Shown piece after piece: positions 10,087 to 18,657 of a stretch of 64,000 nt of DNA. The notes below the pieces were generated by a model, which did not search any database, was not told the origin of the DNA, and saw only the letters and a program-made list of their open reading frames with translations. Made by a program: the position numbers and the translations under genes. Source of the stretch: Candidatus Cryptobacteroides gallistercoris (lineage in GTDB: Bacteria; Bacteroidota; Bacteroidia; Bacteroidales; UBA932). Positions within the stretch are counted from its first letter, which is position 1. Each line of letters begins with the position of its first letter. The stretch spans positions 555-64,554 of the forward strand of contig JADIMJ010000040.1 in NCBI GenBank assembly GCA_017694835.1, read 5' to 3'.

Positions 10087-10945
10087 GGCGGGTCGGCTCT
10101 GCCTTGTGCTTCTGCTGATGCTGGAGCATGGCCGGCTTTCCCCATCCGAGACTGTAGATGATGAGCCCGATGCCGATGAGAATGAACGGAATACTCAGAA
10201 TCTGTCCCATATTCAGGACCATACCCTCTTCAAATCCTACCTGCGGCTCCTTGATGAATTCTATCAGGAATCTCATGCCGAAAAGCACAATGAAGAAGAT
10301 GCCGAGCAGAGTGCCCCTCCTGAGTTTTTCAAGCCTGTATCGGTACATCGCCATCAGCACGAATCCGAGAATCGTATAGCTCAGGGCCTCATAAATCTGG
10401 GTCGGGTGCTTCGGCTGGGTCTCTCCGCGCAGCTCGAATATGAAGCCCCACGGAAGGGAAGTGACATCCCCGTATATTTCCGAGTTGAAGAGATTGCCTA
10501 TCCTGATGAGCGCTCCGGCAAAGCAGACGGCTATGCAGAGCCTGTCCAGAATCCACAGCAGGTCAAAGTCATATTTCCTTCCGTAATGGTGTGAAAACCA
10601 CCACATCGCAAGTATGAGGGCGATTGTTCCCCCGTGGCTCGCGAGGCCGCCTTTCCAGACCATGAATATCTCCCAGAATCCTTTCCAGCTGCCGAAATAA
10701 TAGTCCGGCTGGTAGAACAGGCAGTGGCCCAGCCTTGCCCCTACTATAGTTCCTGCCAAAAGGGTGTAAAGCAGCGGTTCAAGCAGTGTCACGGGCACGC
10801 CCTCCCTCCTGAAGAACCATTTGAAGATGTACCATCCTATGAAAAATCCGGAGATGAACAGCAGGCTGTACCACCTGACGGCAAATGAACCTATATGGAA
10901 GATTTCCGGATTTACATTCCAGTTGATGAAAAGCAGGTCTGTCAT
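10058..10945 (-). CDS. lgt: Prolipoprotein diacylglyceryl transferase
   Basis: VRWYS, GARLGHCLFY, GGLASHG, RIGNLFNSEIYG, HPTQIYE. Confidence 0.96.
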   Translation of the reverse strand: MTDLLFINWNVNPEIFHIGSFAVRWYSLLFISGFFIGWYIFKWFFRREGVPVTLLEPLLYTLLAGTIVGARLGHCLFYQPDYYFGSWKGFWEIFMVWKGGLASHGGTIALILAMWWFSHHYGRKYDFDLLWILDRLCIAVCFAGALIRIGNLFNSEIYGDVTSLPWGFIFELRGETQPKHPTQIYEALSYTILGFVLMAMYRYRLEKLRRGTLLGIFFIVLFGMRFLIEFIKEPQVGFEEGMVLNMGQILSIPFILIGIGLIIYSLGWGKPAMLQHQQKHKAEPTRHAKSLADGK

Positions 10946-10990
10946 TTTATGTGTCTTTATCCTGGTCGCAAAGTTATAACAAAATATACT

Positions 10991-11021
10991 AAAAAGACAC
11001 CGGGACCGGCCCGATGTCTCT
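10991..11021 (-). terminator. Intrinsic terminator after pgk
   Basis: Minus strand AGACATCGGG-ccggt-CCCGGTGTCT followed by T-run. Confidence 0.7.
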
Positions 11022-11062
11022 CAAAATATTTGTGGAATGTAAATTATTCCTTTGAACGGGGA

Positions 11063-12316
11063 TTATTCCCTTACTGCTGCGATGCCCGGGAGCTCCTTGC
11101 CCTCAAGGTATTCGAGCATTGCGCCGCCTCCGGTTGACACATAGCTTACTTTCTTGGCGTAGCCCATCTGTGTCACGGCTGCCACTGAGTCTCCTCCGCC
11201 AACGAGGGTGAAGGCTCCGTTTTCAGTTGCCTTTGCAAGCATTTCGGCCACTCTGTTGGTGCCTTTTGCAAATGAAGGGATTTCGAATACTCCGACAGGG
11301 CCGTTCCAGAGGATGGTCTTTGACTTCATGATGACGTCTTCCCATTCTGCAAGTGTGCTCGGTGCTGCGTCGACACCCTCCCAGCCGTCAGGAATTTCCG
11401 TATTGTGGCAGATCTTGGTGTTGGCACCTTCGGCAAATGCGTCGGCGATAACCACTTCCTTTGACAGGTAGAGCTTCACGCCTTTTTCCTCGGCTTTCTT
11501 CAGGGTGTCGAGGGCGAGCTGGAGCTGGTCATCCTCGCAGAGGGAGTTGCCGATTTTTCCGCCCTGGGCCTTGACGAATGTGTAGACCATTCCGCCGCCG
11601 ATTATCATGTTGTCCACTACATCGAAGAGATGCTCGATGATGCCGATCTTTGAAGAAACCTTGGCTCCTCCGATGATGGCGGTAACAGGACGCTCAGGAT
11701 TGTTGACGACTCTCTCGAGGGCCTTGATTTCACCTTCCATGAGGTAGCCGAACATCTTGTCGTTAGGGAAATACTTGGCGATGAGGGCTGTTGAGGCGTG
11801 TGCCCTGTGGGCTGTCCCGAATGCATCGTTGACATAGCAGTCTCCGTAAGAGGCAAGCTTGGCGACGAATTTCTTCTGGCTTTCCTTGACGGCAGCCTTT
11901 GCAGCCTTCTTCTCCTCGTCGGTAACATCTTCTGCGAGGCCTCTCGGCTTGCCTTCCTCTTCAGCGTAGAAGCGGAGGTTCTCAAGTACGAGGACTTCGC
12001 CCGGCTTGAGGGCTGCAACCTGCTCGTCAGCTGACATGCAGTCCTCTGCGAATTTCACAGGTACCCCGAGGAGTTCTTCCACACGGCCGAGGATATGCTT
12101 GAGAGAAAATTTCTCTGTCACTCCCTTCGGACGTCCGAGATGCGACATGATGATCACTGAACCGCCTTTTTCAAGGATTTTCTTGAGAGTAGGCACGGCA
12201 GCCCTGATGCGGGTGTCGTCTGTAATCTCGAACTTCTCATTGAGAGGAACATTGAAATCCACTCTGACAAGAGCTTTCTTGCCGGAGAAATCATAAGTGT
12301 CAATACTCTGTTGCAT
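11063..12316 (-). CDS. pgk: Phosphoglycerate kinase
   Basis: [44 protein letters not shown]. Confidence 0.99.
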   Translation of the reverse strand: MQQSIDTYDFSGKKALVRVDFNVPLNEKFEITDDTRIRAAVPTLKKILEKGGSVIIMSHLGRPKGVTEKFSLKHILGRVEELLGVPVKFAEDCMSADEQVAALKPGEVLVLENLRFYAEEEGKPRGLAEDVTDEEKKAAKAAVKESQKKFVAKLASYGDCYVNDAFGTAHRAHASTALIAKYFPNDKMFGYLMEGEIKALERVVNNPERPVTAIIGGAKVSSKIGIIEHLFDVVDNMIIGGGMVYTFVKAQGGKIGNSLCEDDQLQLALDTLKKAEEKGVKLYLSKEVVIADAFAEGANTKICHNTEIPDGWEGVDAAPSTLAEWEDVIMKSKTILWNGPVGVFEIPSFAKGTNRVAEMLAKATENGAFTLVGGGDSVAAVTQMGYAKKVSYVSTGGGAMLEYLEGKELPGIAAVRE

Positions 12317-12356
12317 AATGTTATTTAGTTAAAAGTTGTTTCGTTATGTCAATCTG

Positions 12357-12402
12357 CAAATATAAAAAAAGATTATGAATTCGTCAAAGATGTGTATTTT
12401 TG
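12357..12402. promoter_or_regulatory. Divergent Bacteroidota sigma-A -7 elements (pgk / methyltransferase)
   Basis: TATATTTG on minus strand (12357-12364) and TATTTTTG on plus strand (12395-12402) match TAnnTTTG. Confidence 0.7.
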
Positions 12403-12421
12403 CCGAAAATATGATACGGTC

Positions 12422-13387
12422 ATGACAATAGAGACACCCGGGGAGTTCTGGAAAGACTATGAACTCATTGATTCAGGCAATTTTGAGAAACTTGAGAGAT
12501 TCGGAAGGCAGGTCCTGTCCAGGCCTGAGCCAAAGGCTCTCTGGGACAAGTCCATGTCTGACGCGGAATGGTCGCGGGCGGCGCATATCCGCTTCAGGCC
12601 AGGTGCCGGATTCGCCCGTGCCGGGAAGGAGGACAGCGGCACATGGGAGAAGCTCGGGAAGGCCGACGACCAGTGGGTCATAAGATACGGCGGAAGCGGA
12701 CAGGGACCGGATTTTTCCCTGCGTCTCGGCCTGACTGCATTCAAGCATGTCGGAGTGTTTCCGGAGCAGGCACCGAACTGGGAGTATATATACAGGAATA
12801 CGCGGGAACTCGTTGAAAAGGCAGAAAAAGACTCCCTGCCGAAGCCTCGGGTGCTGAATCTCTTCGCCTATACCGGGGCCGCCTCTCTTGCGGCAAAGGC
12901 GGCAGGCGCCGATGTCACGCATCTCGATTCCGTGCGGCAGGTCGTGACATGGGCCCGCAACAACATGGAGATCAGTCGGATGGACAATATCCGCTGGATT
13001 GTGGAAGATGCGATGAAATTTGCCCGCAGGGAGGCAAAGAGGGGTAATGTCTATCAGGGAATAATCCTTGATCCTCCTGCCTACGGGCACGGGCCGGACG
13101 GGGAGAAATGGAAACTGGATGAATGCCTCAACGAGATGATGAAGAATATCGCAGCCATCCTTGCCCCGAAAGACAGCTTCATGGTCCTGAACCTGTATTC
13201 CAACGGCTTTTCCGCCGTGCTCGGGGAGACTGTGGTACGGCAGGCGTTCGGAATCGGAGGGGAGGCGGATGTGCGCGGAAATGACAATCCCGAAGAGGGC
13301 ATCAGACTTGATTCGGGAGAATTGGTTCTGAATGACCGCTTCGGGAAAAAACTTCCGCTCAGTATCTTTGTCAGGTTGAGGCGTTAG
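12422..13387 (+). CDS. Class I SAM-dependent methyltransferase (RlmI/RlmK-like)
   Basis: YELIDSGNFEKLERFG, VLNLFAYTG, IILDPPAYG; start moved to ATG downstream of -7 promoter. Confidence 0.88.
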   Translation: MTIETPGEFWKDYELIDSGNFEKLERFGRQVLSRPEPKALWDKSMSDAEWSRAAHIRFRPGAGFARAGKEDSGTWEKLGKADDQWVIRYGGSGQGPDFSLRLGLTAFKHVGVFPEQAPNWEYIYRNTRELVEKAEKDSLPKPRVLNLFAYTGAASLAAKAAGADVTHLDSVRQVVTWARNNMEISRMDNIRWIVEDAMKFARREAKRGNVYQGIILDPPAYGHGPDGEKWKLDECLNEMMKNIAAILAPKDSFMVLNLYSNGFSAVLGETVVRQAFGIGGEADVRGNDNPEEGIRLDSGELVLNDRFGKKLPLSIFVRLRR

Positions 13388-13421
13388 CCGCTGTTGCCTC
13401 TGGAGTCTCTGATGCCTGGAA

Positions 13422-14489
13422 TCAGCCGAGGTCTTTGGCTGCCCGGGCCACTTTCCCGGCAAGGGCTGCGAAAGCAAGTCCGTCCGGCCTGTCGGAAAGC
13501 GCGGCAGGCTCTCCGTCGTCTCCGCTTTCCCTGATGCTCTGGACGATAGGAATCTGCCCGAGGAGAGGGATTCCGTATTTGTCGGCCATGGCGGCTCCGC
13601 CGTTCTTTCCGAAAATGTAATATCTGTTGTCCGGCAGTTCTTCCGGGGTAAACCATGCCATGTTCTCAACCAGGCCGAGTATCGGCTTGCGGATGCTTTC
13701 GTTGCGGAACATGTTGACGCCTTTTTCCACATCGGCGAGGGCCACCGCCTGCGGGGTGGTGACTATCACGGCTCCTGTCAGAGGTATGTCGTGCACGAGG
13801 CTGATGTGTATGTCCCCTGTTCCCGGAGGCATGTCGATGAGAAGGAAGTCAAGCTCGCCCCACCTCACCTGCAGAATCATCTGCTTGAGAGCGTTGCAGG
13901 CCATCGGTCCTCTCCAGATGAGAGCCTGCTCCGGACTGGCGAAATAGCCGATTGACATCCATTTTACCCCATATTTCTCAAGCGGGAGAATCACCTGTTT
14001 CTCTCCTTCAAGGAATGCCTGCGGCTGCTCCTCTTCGGTGCCTGTCATTTTCGGCACCGACGGGCCGTAGACATCGGCGTCGGCAAGTCCTGTTTTGTAT
14101 CCGAGCCGGGCCAGCGCCACTGCAAGATTGACGGCAACTGTTGATTTCCCTACTCCTCCCTTTCCTGATGCTATGCCGATTATATGCTTTACGCCGGCCA
14201 GTTCCTCAAGGCCGAAGTCCAGCCCTACGGGCTTTTTCTTTGCTTCGTCCCTAATTATGGTCTTTACCTCGACTTCCGCGTCCGGGGCGTGCCGGATGAT
14301 TGCGGCACGGGTGCTTCCGATGAGGTATTCTGCAAGCGGGTCGCGGTGCTTCGGGAAAGCGAGTGTGACGGTCACCTTGTTGCCGTCGCACTCGACTTTG
14401 TCCACCATTCCGAGCTCCACGATGTTCCTGTCCCCCTTTGCGGGATGCTGCACATCGTAGAGCATTTTCATTATTTCGTTCTGTTTCAT
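13422..14489 (-). CDS. Mrp/NBP35 Fe-S cluster carrier ATPase (ApbC)
   Basis: ASGKGGVGKST, DADVYGPS, IWRGPM, DMPPGTGD, VENM. Confidence 0.96.
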   Translation of the reverse strand: MKQNEIMKMLYDVQHPAKGDRNIVELGMVDKVECDGNKVTVTLAFPKHRDPLAEYLIGSTRAAIIRHAPDAEVEVKTIIRDEAKKKPVGLDFGLEELAGVKHIIGIASGKGGVGKSTVAVNLAVALARLGYKTGLADADVYGPSVPKMTGTEEEQPQAFLEGEKQVILPLEKYGVKWMSIGYFASPEQALIWRGPMACNALKQMILQVRWGELDFLLIDMPPGTGDIHISLVHDIPLTGAVIVTTPQAVALADVEKGVNMFRNESIRKPILGLVENMAWFTPEELPDNRYYIFGKNGGAAMADKYGIPLLGQIPIVQSIRESGDDGEPAALSDRPDGLAFAALAGKVARAAKDLG

Positions 14490-14552
14490 TGCGTCAGATT
14501 GAATCTGAAATGTCCTGATGACTTGATGAAATGTCCTGGATTGTAAGCCGGA

Positions 14553-16721
14553 TTATCTTACGATGTCCATTTCGTCGAGAAGGTAGCCCGCTCCGCCGAA
14601 TTTGTCCATGATGAAGAGGACATAGCGGATGTCCACATTGATGCATCTCTGCAGGTCCGGCTCGAACATGATGTCGCTGCTCATGGATTCCCAGTTCCCG
14701 TCGAAGGCGAGGCCGATGAGCTGGCCGTCGGCATTCAGTACCGGGCTTCCTGAGTTTCCTCCAGTGATGTCATTGTTTGAAAGGAATGCCACAGGCATCT
14801 TCCCGTCAGCCATGGCGTAGTCTCCGAAGTCCCCGTTCTGCCAGAGTTCTTTCAGCTTTGCCGGAACGACGAATTCCCAGTTGTCAGGGTCTTCCTTTTC
14901 CATCACTCCGTCCAGGGTGGTCCAGTATTTATATATTACTGCGTCTTTCGGGGAATAACCTTTGACCGTGCCGTAGGTCAGGCGCATGGTGAAGTTGGCG
15001 TCCGGGTATGAAGGCTCTCCTTTCTTCCATTCGAGGAGTCCGGCAGTATATGCTTTCCTGGCTTCAGTCAGTGTTTTTTCGCTGTCCTGAATCCTGCCGA
15101 TGACCGGAACAATTACTGAAGCCTCGGCTATCGCGAGGTTGATGGCGGGGTCATCGAATATTTCAGATGGTGTCATTGACTTGACTGCCTCGGAGAGCTT
15201 TTCTTCCGAGGTGAAGATGCTTTCGGCAAACAGGGTGCTGACGAATGACGGGATGTCCATTGTCGCGAAGTCCGCGCCGATTCCTTTTATATAGTATGTG
15301 CTGTCCACATGGGTCCGGTAATATTCAAGAAGGGCCTCGGCTTCCTTTATGTCAGTGCCGACAGAATAATCCTTGTAGAAATCCCCCATGGCTGCGAGGG
15401 CAGATTCAAAGGCTGCGAGAGTGTCTGTTCCTGAAGCTTCCAGTGCAGACTTTGCCGCATTGTTGAAAATTGTGGCGGCCTGGGTAAGCTCAATCTTCAT
15501 GGCGGATTCGGCAAGTGTCCTGAAAATCCGGTTGGCTTCTCTGCCTGCATCGACACCTTCCCTGATCATCCGGAGGGCGTCTCCGTATTTTTTCTGTCTC
15601 TTCGGGTCGGCATTCACCCATTCCGTGAATTTCGCCTCTTCCTGTTCTGCCCTGCCTATGACATCAAGTTTGGCGAAAGCCTGCTTCATGCCGATCCATT
15701 TCTTCCAGCCGTTGGATGAGCCGGCATATTTGCTGGCATACTGGATTTTGACCTTCGGGTCGGCAAGCATGTCTTCCATCATGATGTCCTGGCGGATTGT
15801 GCGGGCTTCGATGGAGATGTCCTGCATGTCGAGGAGGTTCTTGAGTTCTGGTGAGGTGTAGAACCTGTTTGTCCTGCCCGGATAGCCCATGATCATGGTG
15901 AAGTCTCCTTCATTGATGCCTTTGAGGGATATCTGCAGATGCTTCTTCGGCCTGTACGGGACATTGTCCCCGGAGTAGTCGGCCGGATTGTTGTTCTTGT
16001 CTGCATATACGCGGAACATGGAGAAATCTCCGGTGTGGCGCGGCCACATCCAGTTGTCCGTGTCTGCCCCGAATTTTCCGATTGAGGAAGGCGGCGCGCC
16101 GACAAAGCGGATGTCGCGGAATGTCTTGTAGACAATCAGGTACTGGACATTGTCATTATAGAATGACATAATGCTGATGTCACAGTACGGATTGGCTTCT
16201 TCTGCCTTTTCCTTGAGCTCCTGCCGTGCCTTGTCAACAGCGGCTGCAGCTATTGAGTCCCTTGTCTCCGGGTCGGATCCGGAATATTTCCTGAGGGCCG
16301 AGCTCCGGGCTTTCTCAAGGGCTTTGGTTATGTCGGTCATGCTTTCGAGGAAGGTGACGGTAAGCCCTTCTGCCGGAAGTTCCTCGCTGCGGTTCATGGC
16401 CCAGTATCCGTCTGTCAGATAATCATGCTCCACCGAGCTGAGCTTCTGGATGCTTGAGTAGCCGCAATGGTGGTTTGTCACCAGCAGCCCTTCGTCGGAA
16501 ATTATTTCTCCGGTGCATCCTCCTCCGAACTGCACGATTGCATCCTTGAGGGACGAGTTGTTGATGTCCCAGATGTCTTCAGCAGACAGGCGGCATCCCG
16601 TCTCCTGCATTGTTTCTATGTTCATTTTCTTCAGCAGAGGCAGCATCCACATTCCCTCGTCTGCCCTCATGCCGGCCGAGAATACCGCCAGCGCAGCAAT
16701 GGCGCAAAGAAATTTTTTCAT
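14553..16721 (-). CDS. Peptidase S46, dipeptidyl-peptidase 7 type
   Basis: ADEGMW, TNHHC, DTDNWMWPRHTGDF, TGGNSGSP; AFDGNWE (Gly at the specificity position, not the Arg of DPP11). Confidence 0.93.
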   Translation of the reverse strand: MKKFLCAIAALAVFSAGMRADEGMWMLPLLKKMNIETMQETGCRLSAEDIWDINNSSLKDAIVQFGGGCTGEIISDEGLLVTNHHCGYSSIQKLSSVEHDYLTDGYWAMNRSEELPAEGLTVTFLESMTDITKALEKARSSALRKYSGSDPETRDSIAAAAVDKARQELKEKAEEANPYCDISIMSFYNDNVQYLIVYKTFRDIRFVGAPPSSIGKFGADTDNWMWPRHTGDFSMFRVYADKNNNPADYSGDNVPYRPKKHLQISLKGINEGDFTMIMGYPGRTNRFYTSPELKNLLDMQDISIEARTIRQDIMMEDMLADPKVKIQYASKYAGSSNGWKKWIGMKQAFAKLDVIGRAEQEEAKFTEWVNADPKRQKKYGDALRMIREGVDAGREANRIFRTLAESAMKIELTQAATIFNNAAKSALEASGTDTLAAFESALAAMGDFYKDYSVGTDIKEAEALLEYYRTHVDSTYYIKGIGADFATMDIPSFVSTLFAESIFTSEEKLSEAVKSMTPSEIFDDPAINLAIAEASVIVPVIGRIQDSEKTLTEARKAYTAGLLEWKKGEPSYPDANFTMRLTYGTVKGYSPKDAVIYKYWTTLDGVMEKEDPDNWEFVVPAKLKELWQNGDFGDYAMADGKMPVAFLSNNDITGGNSGSPVLNADGQLIGLAFDGNWESMSSDIMFEPDLQRCINVDIRYVLFIMDKFGGAGYLLDEMDIVR

Positions 16722-16808
16722 GTCCTTGTTTCCTTATTGAATTATTATGATTGAATTAAAAATATCCGGTTCATAAATACAGTTGGCAAATATACGCAGA
16801 AGCCGGGC

Positions 16809-16842
16809 GCAATGCAAATTGAACTTGTTCAAATTTCATTGC
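16809..16842. repeat. Imperfect palindrome GCAATG(C)AAATT-GAACTTGTTC-AAATTTCATTGC next to the S46 promoter
   Basis: Inverted repeat read directly; minus-strand TATATTTG at 16787-16794. Confidence 0.6.
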
Positions 16843-16869
16843 CGGGGCGCAATGATATGCCGCGGACTG

Positions 16870-17610
16870 TCAGAACAATGCAGGCTCGAGTTCCCTGATC
16901 CGGAAACTTTTTCTGTGATGCGGAGTGAGCCCGTATCTGCGGATGGCTTCAATGTGTTCCCTGGTGGGATATCCCATGTTTCTGTCCCAGCCGTACTCGG
17001 GATATTCTTCAGCCAGCCGTTTCATGTATCTGTCCCTTGAAGTCTTGGCCAGGACGGATGCGGCGGCGATGTTCATGTATTTTCCGTCGCCCTTTATTAT
17101 GCAGCTGAACGGTATGTCCTCTGCCCTTCCTGCAGTCGTGTGCTTTCCTTCCGTGGAGGACCATGGGGACTTTCCGTCTGTTTCCCGGGCCTTGTCCATG
17201 TCCAGGAGAGAAGCAGGAGAAAGCTCCCCGGCTTCGGGAACCAGGCTGTATCTTCGGAATCTGTTTCCGTCCACGGAAATTGCCTGCGGCCTGACCGACA
17301 GGTTATATACGGCTCTCCACATGCCTGCAATCGAAGCATTCAGAATATTTATCCTGTCTATTTCTTCTGCCGAGACGGCTTCCACGGCATAGCTGACTGC
17401 AGCTTCCGTTATCACTTCCCGTACAATTTCCCTGTCTCTCGCCGACATTTTTTTTGAATCGTCCAGAAGAGGGTGCCGGAATCCGGGGGGAAGTATCACT
17501 GCTGCCGCGAATACCGGTCCGGCGAGAGGCCCGCGGCCGGCTTCGTCGCATCCTGCCTCGAGTGTGTCGGGATTCAGGCATAGTTCAAGTTTTCTTTCCG
17601 AAGAATTCAT
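16870..17610 (-). CDS. rnhB: Ribonuclease HII with internal insertion
   Basis: GCDEAGRGPLAGPV, DSKK, VDGN, KGD..IAAASVLAK, HHRKSF; start at MNSSER downstream of minus-strand TAATTTTG. Confidence 0.95.
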   Translation of the reverse strand: MNSSERKLELCLNPDTLEAGCDEAGRGPLAGPVFAAAVILPPGFRHPLLDDSKKMSARDREIVREVITEAAVSYAVEAVSAEEIDRINILNASIAGMWRAVYNLSVRPQAISVDGNRFRRYSLVPEAGELSPASLLDMDKARETDGKSPWSSTEGKHTTAGRAEDIPFSCIIKGDGKYMNIAAASVLAKTSRDRYMKRLAEEYPEYGWDRNMGYPTREHIEAIRRYGLTPHHRKSFRIRELEPALF

Positions 17611-17667
17611 TTCCTGCAGCTTTTGTCGTCTCTGCAAAATTAACATTAATTTGTCTGACGGCAGAGA

Positions 17668-18093
17668 TTATTTCTTGGAAGCAGCTGCGGCCGACTTGCG
17701 GAGCATGGCTATGATTTCATCTTTGGTTCGGATGGTTTCTTTCAGAGTCTCAATGAATTCTGTCAGGACCTTTATCTGTGCGGCAAGGGCGGTCACTTCT
17801 TCGGAGTGTCCGGTCTCGATATCCCGTATCCGGCTTTCATATTTTTCCCTGATGTCCTCGGCTGATGCTGCGGGCCTTTCCTCCGTGCTGTGCCCGAGAA
17901 GCAGTTCTTCCGTGGTGATGCCGAGGATGGAGGCTATTTTGTCGGCGTGGTTGCTTATCAGTTTTGTCTTGCCTGTTTCAATGTTTCTGTATGCTGTCCT
18001 TGAAATGCCCAGTTTTTCAGCCATGGCTTCCTGTGACAGTCCGAGCCTGCTGCGCATCTTGAGCAGATTTTCTTTAACAGAGTTCTTGTCCAT
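17668..18093 (-). CDS. XRE-family HTH regulator with C-terminal coiled coil
   Basis: RSRLGLSQEAMAEKLGISRTAYRNIETG. Confidence 0.9.
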   Translation of the reverse strand: MDKNSVKENLLKMRSRLGLSQEAMAEKLGISRTAYRNIETGKTKLISNHADKIASILGITTEELLLGHSTEERPAASAEDIREKYESRIRDIETGHSEEVTALAAQIKVLTEFIETLKETIRTKDEIIAMLRKSAAAASKK

Positions 18094-18336
18094 TTCCGGT
18101 TTTCTTGTTGGTCACATGACAAATTTATGCCAACGGCTGCACTTTGTATGGCAACAAAAGATTGTCATTGAAAACAAATTCTTGCCAAAAAAGAGAAAAA
18201 AGAATAAAAAAGAGAAAAATCTCATGTTGAAAAGAGAAAAAATGGCAAGCGTTTGTTGCACTTGTGATGATGTACTGCCATTTTTGTTGACACAAAGGCA
18301 ACATTTGCTGACGGAAAGACAATAAAAAGAGTCGCC

Positions 18337-18561
18337 ATGGAAGAGTATTATGACATTTTTGCCGAGCTTCTGGAAGAGGAGCGGGTGTATATGGATCCGG
18401 GGCTTACGTTCGATTCCATCTGCCGGTGGATTGGAGTCAGCCGGGCTGATTTTGACATGTATCTTATGTCGGAGACGGGATGCAGCGGCTCTGATATTCT
18501 GAAAGCATACAGGGGTGCGGCATCTTTACGTTTTTTGAAAAAATACGGAATTTTGTTATAA
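18337..18561 (+). CDS. Small protein resembling the first helix-turn-helix of an AraC DNA-binding domain
   Basis: VYMDPGLTFDSICRWIGVSR...G.S..DILKAYR resembles Bacteroidota AraC YLDPDLTL..LA..LG..R...YR; ATG with A-rich leader. Confidence 0.55.
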   Translation: MEEYYDIFAELLEEERVYMDPGLTFDSICRWIGVSRADFDMYLMSETGCSGSDILKAYRGAASLRFLKKYGILL

Positions 18562-18657
18562 AACTGTGTTGACTTTGCTGTTTTATTTCATTAAATTTGC
18601 AAGGATGCGCCGTTTTGATGCGCAATTTTGAAAATTAACCCATAATAAATAAGTAAA

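Noticed and set aside
17115-17250. Intein in RNase HII
   Set aside because: Too short and lacks the His-Asn C-terminus
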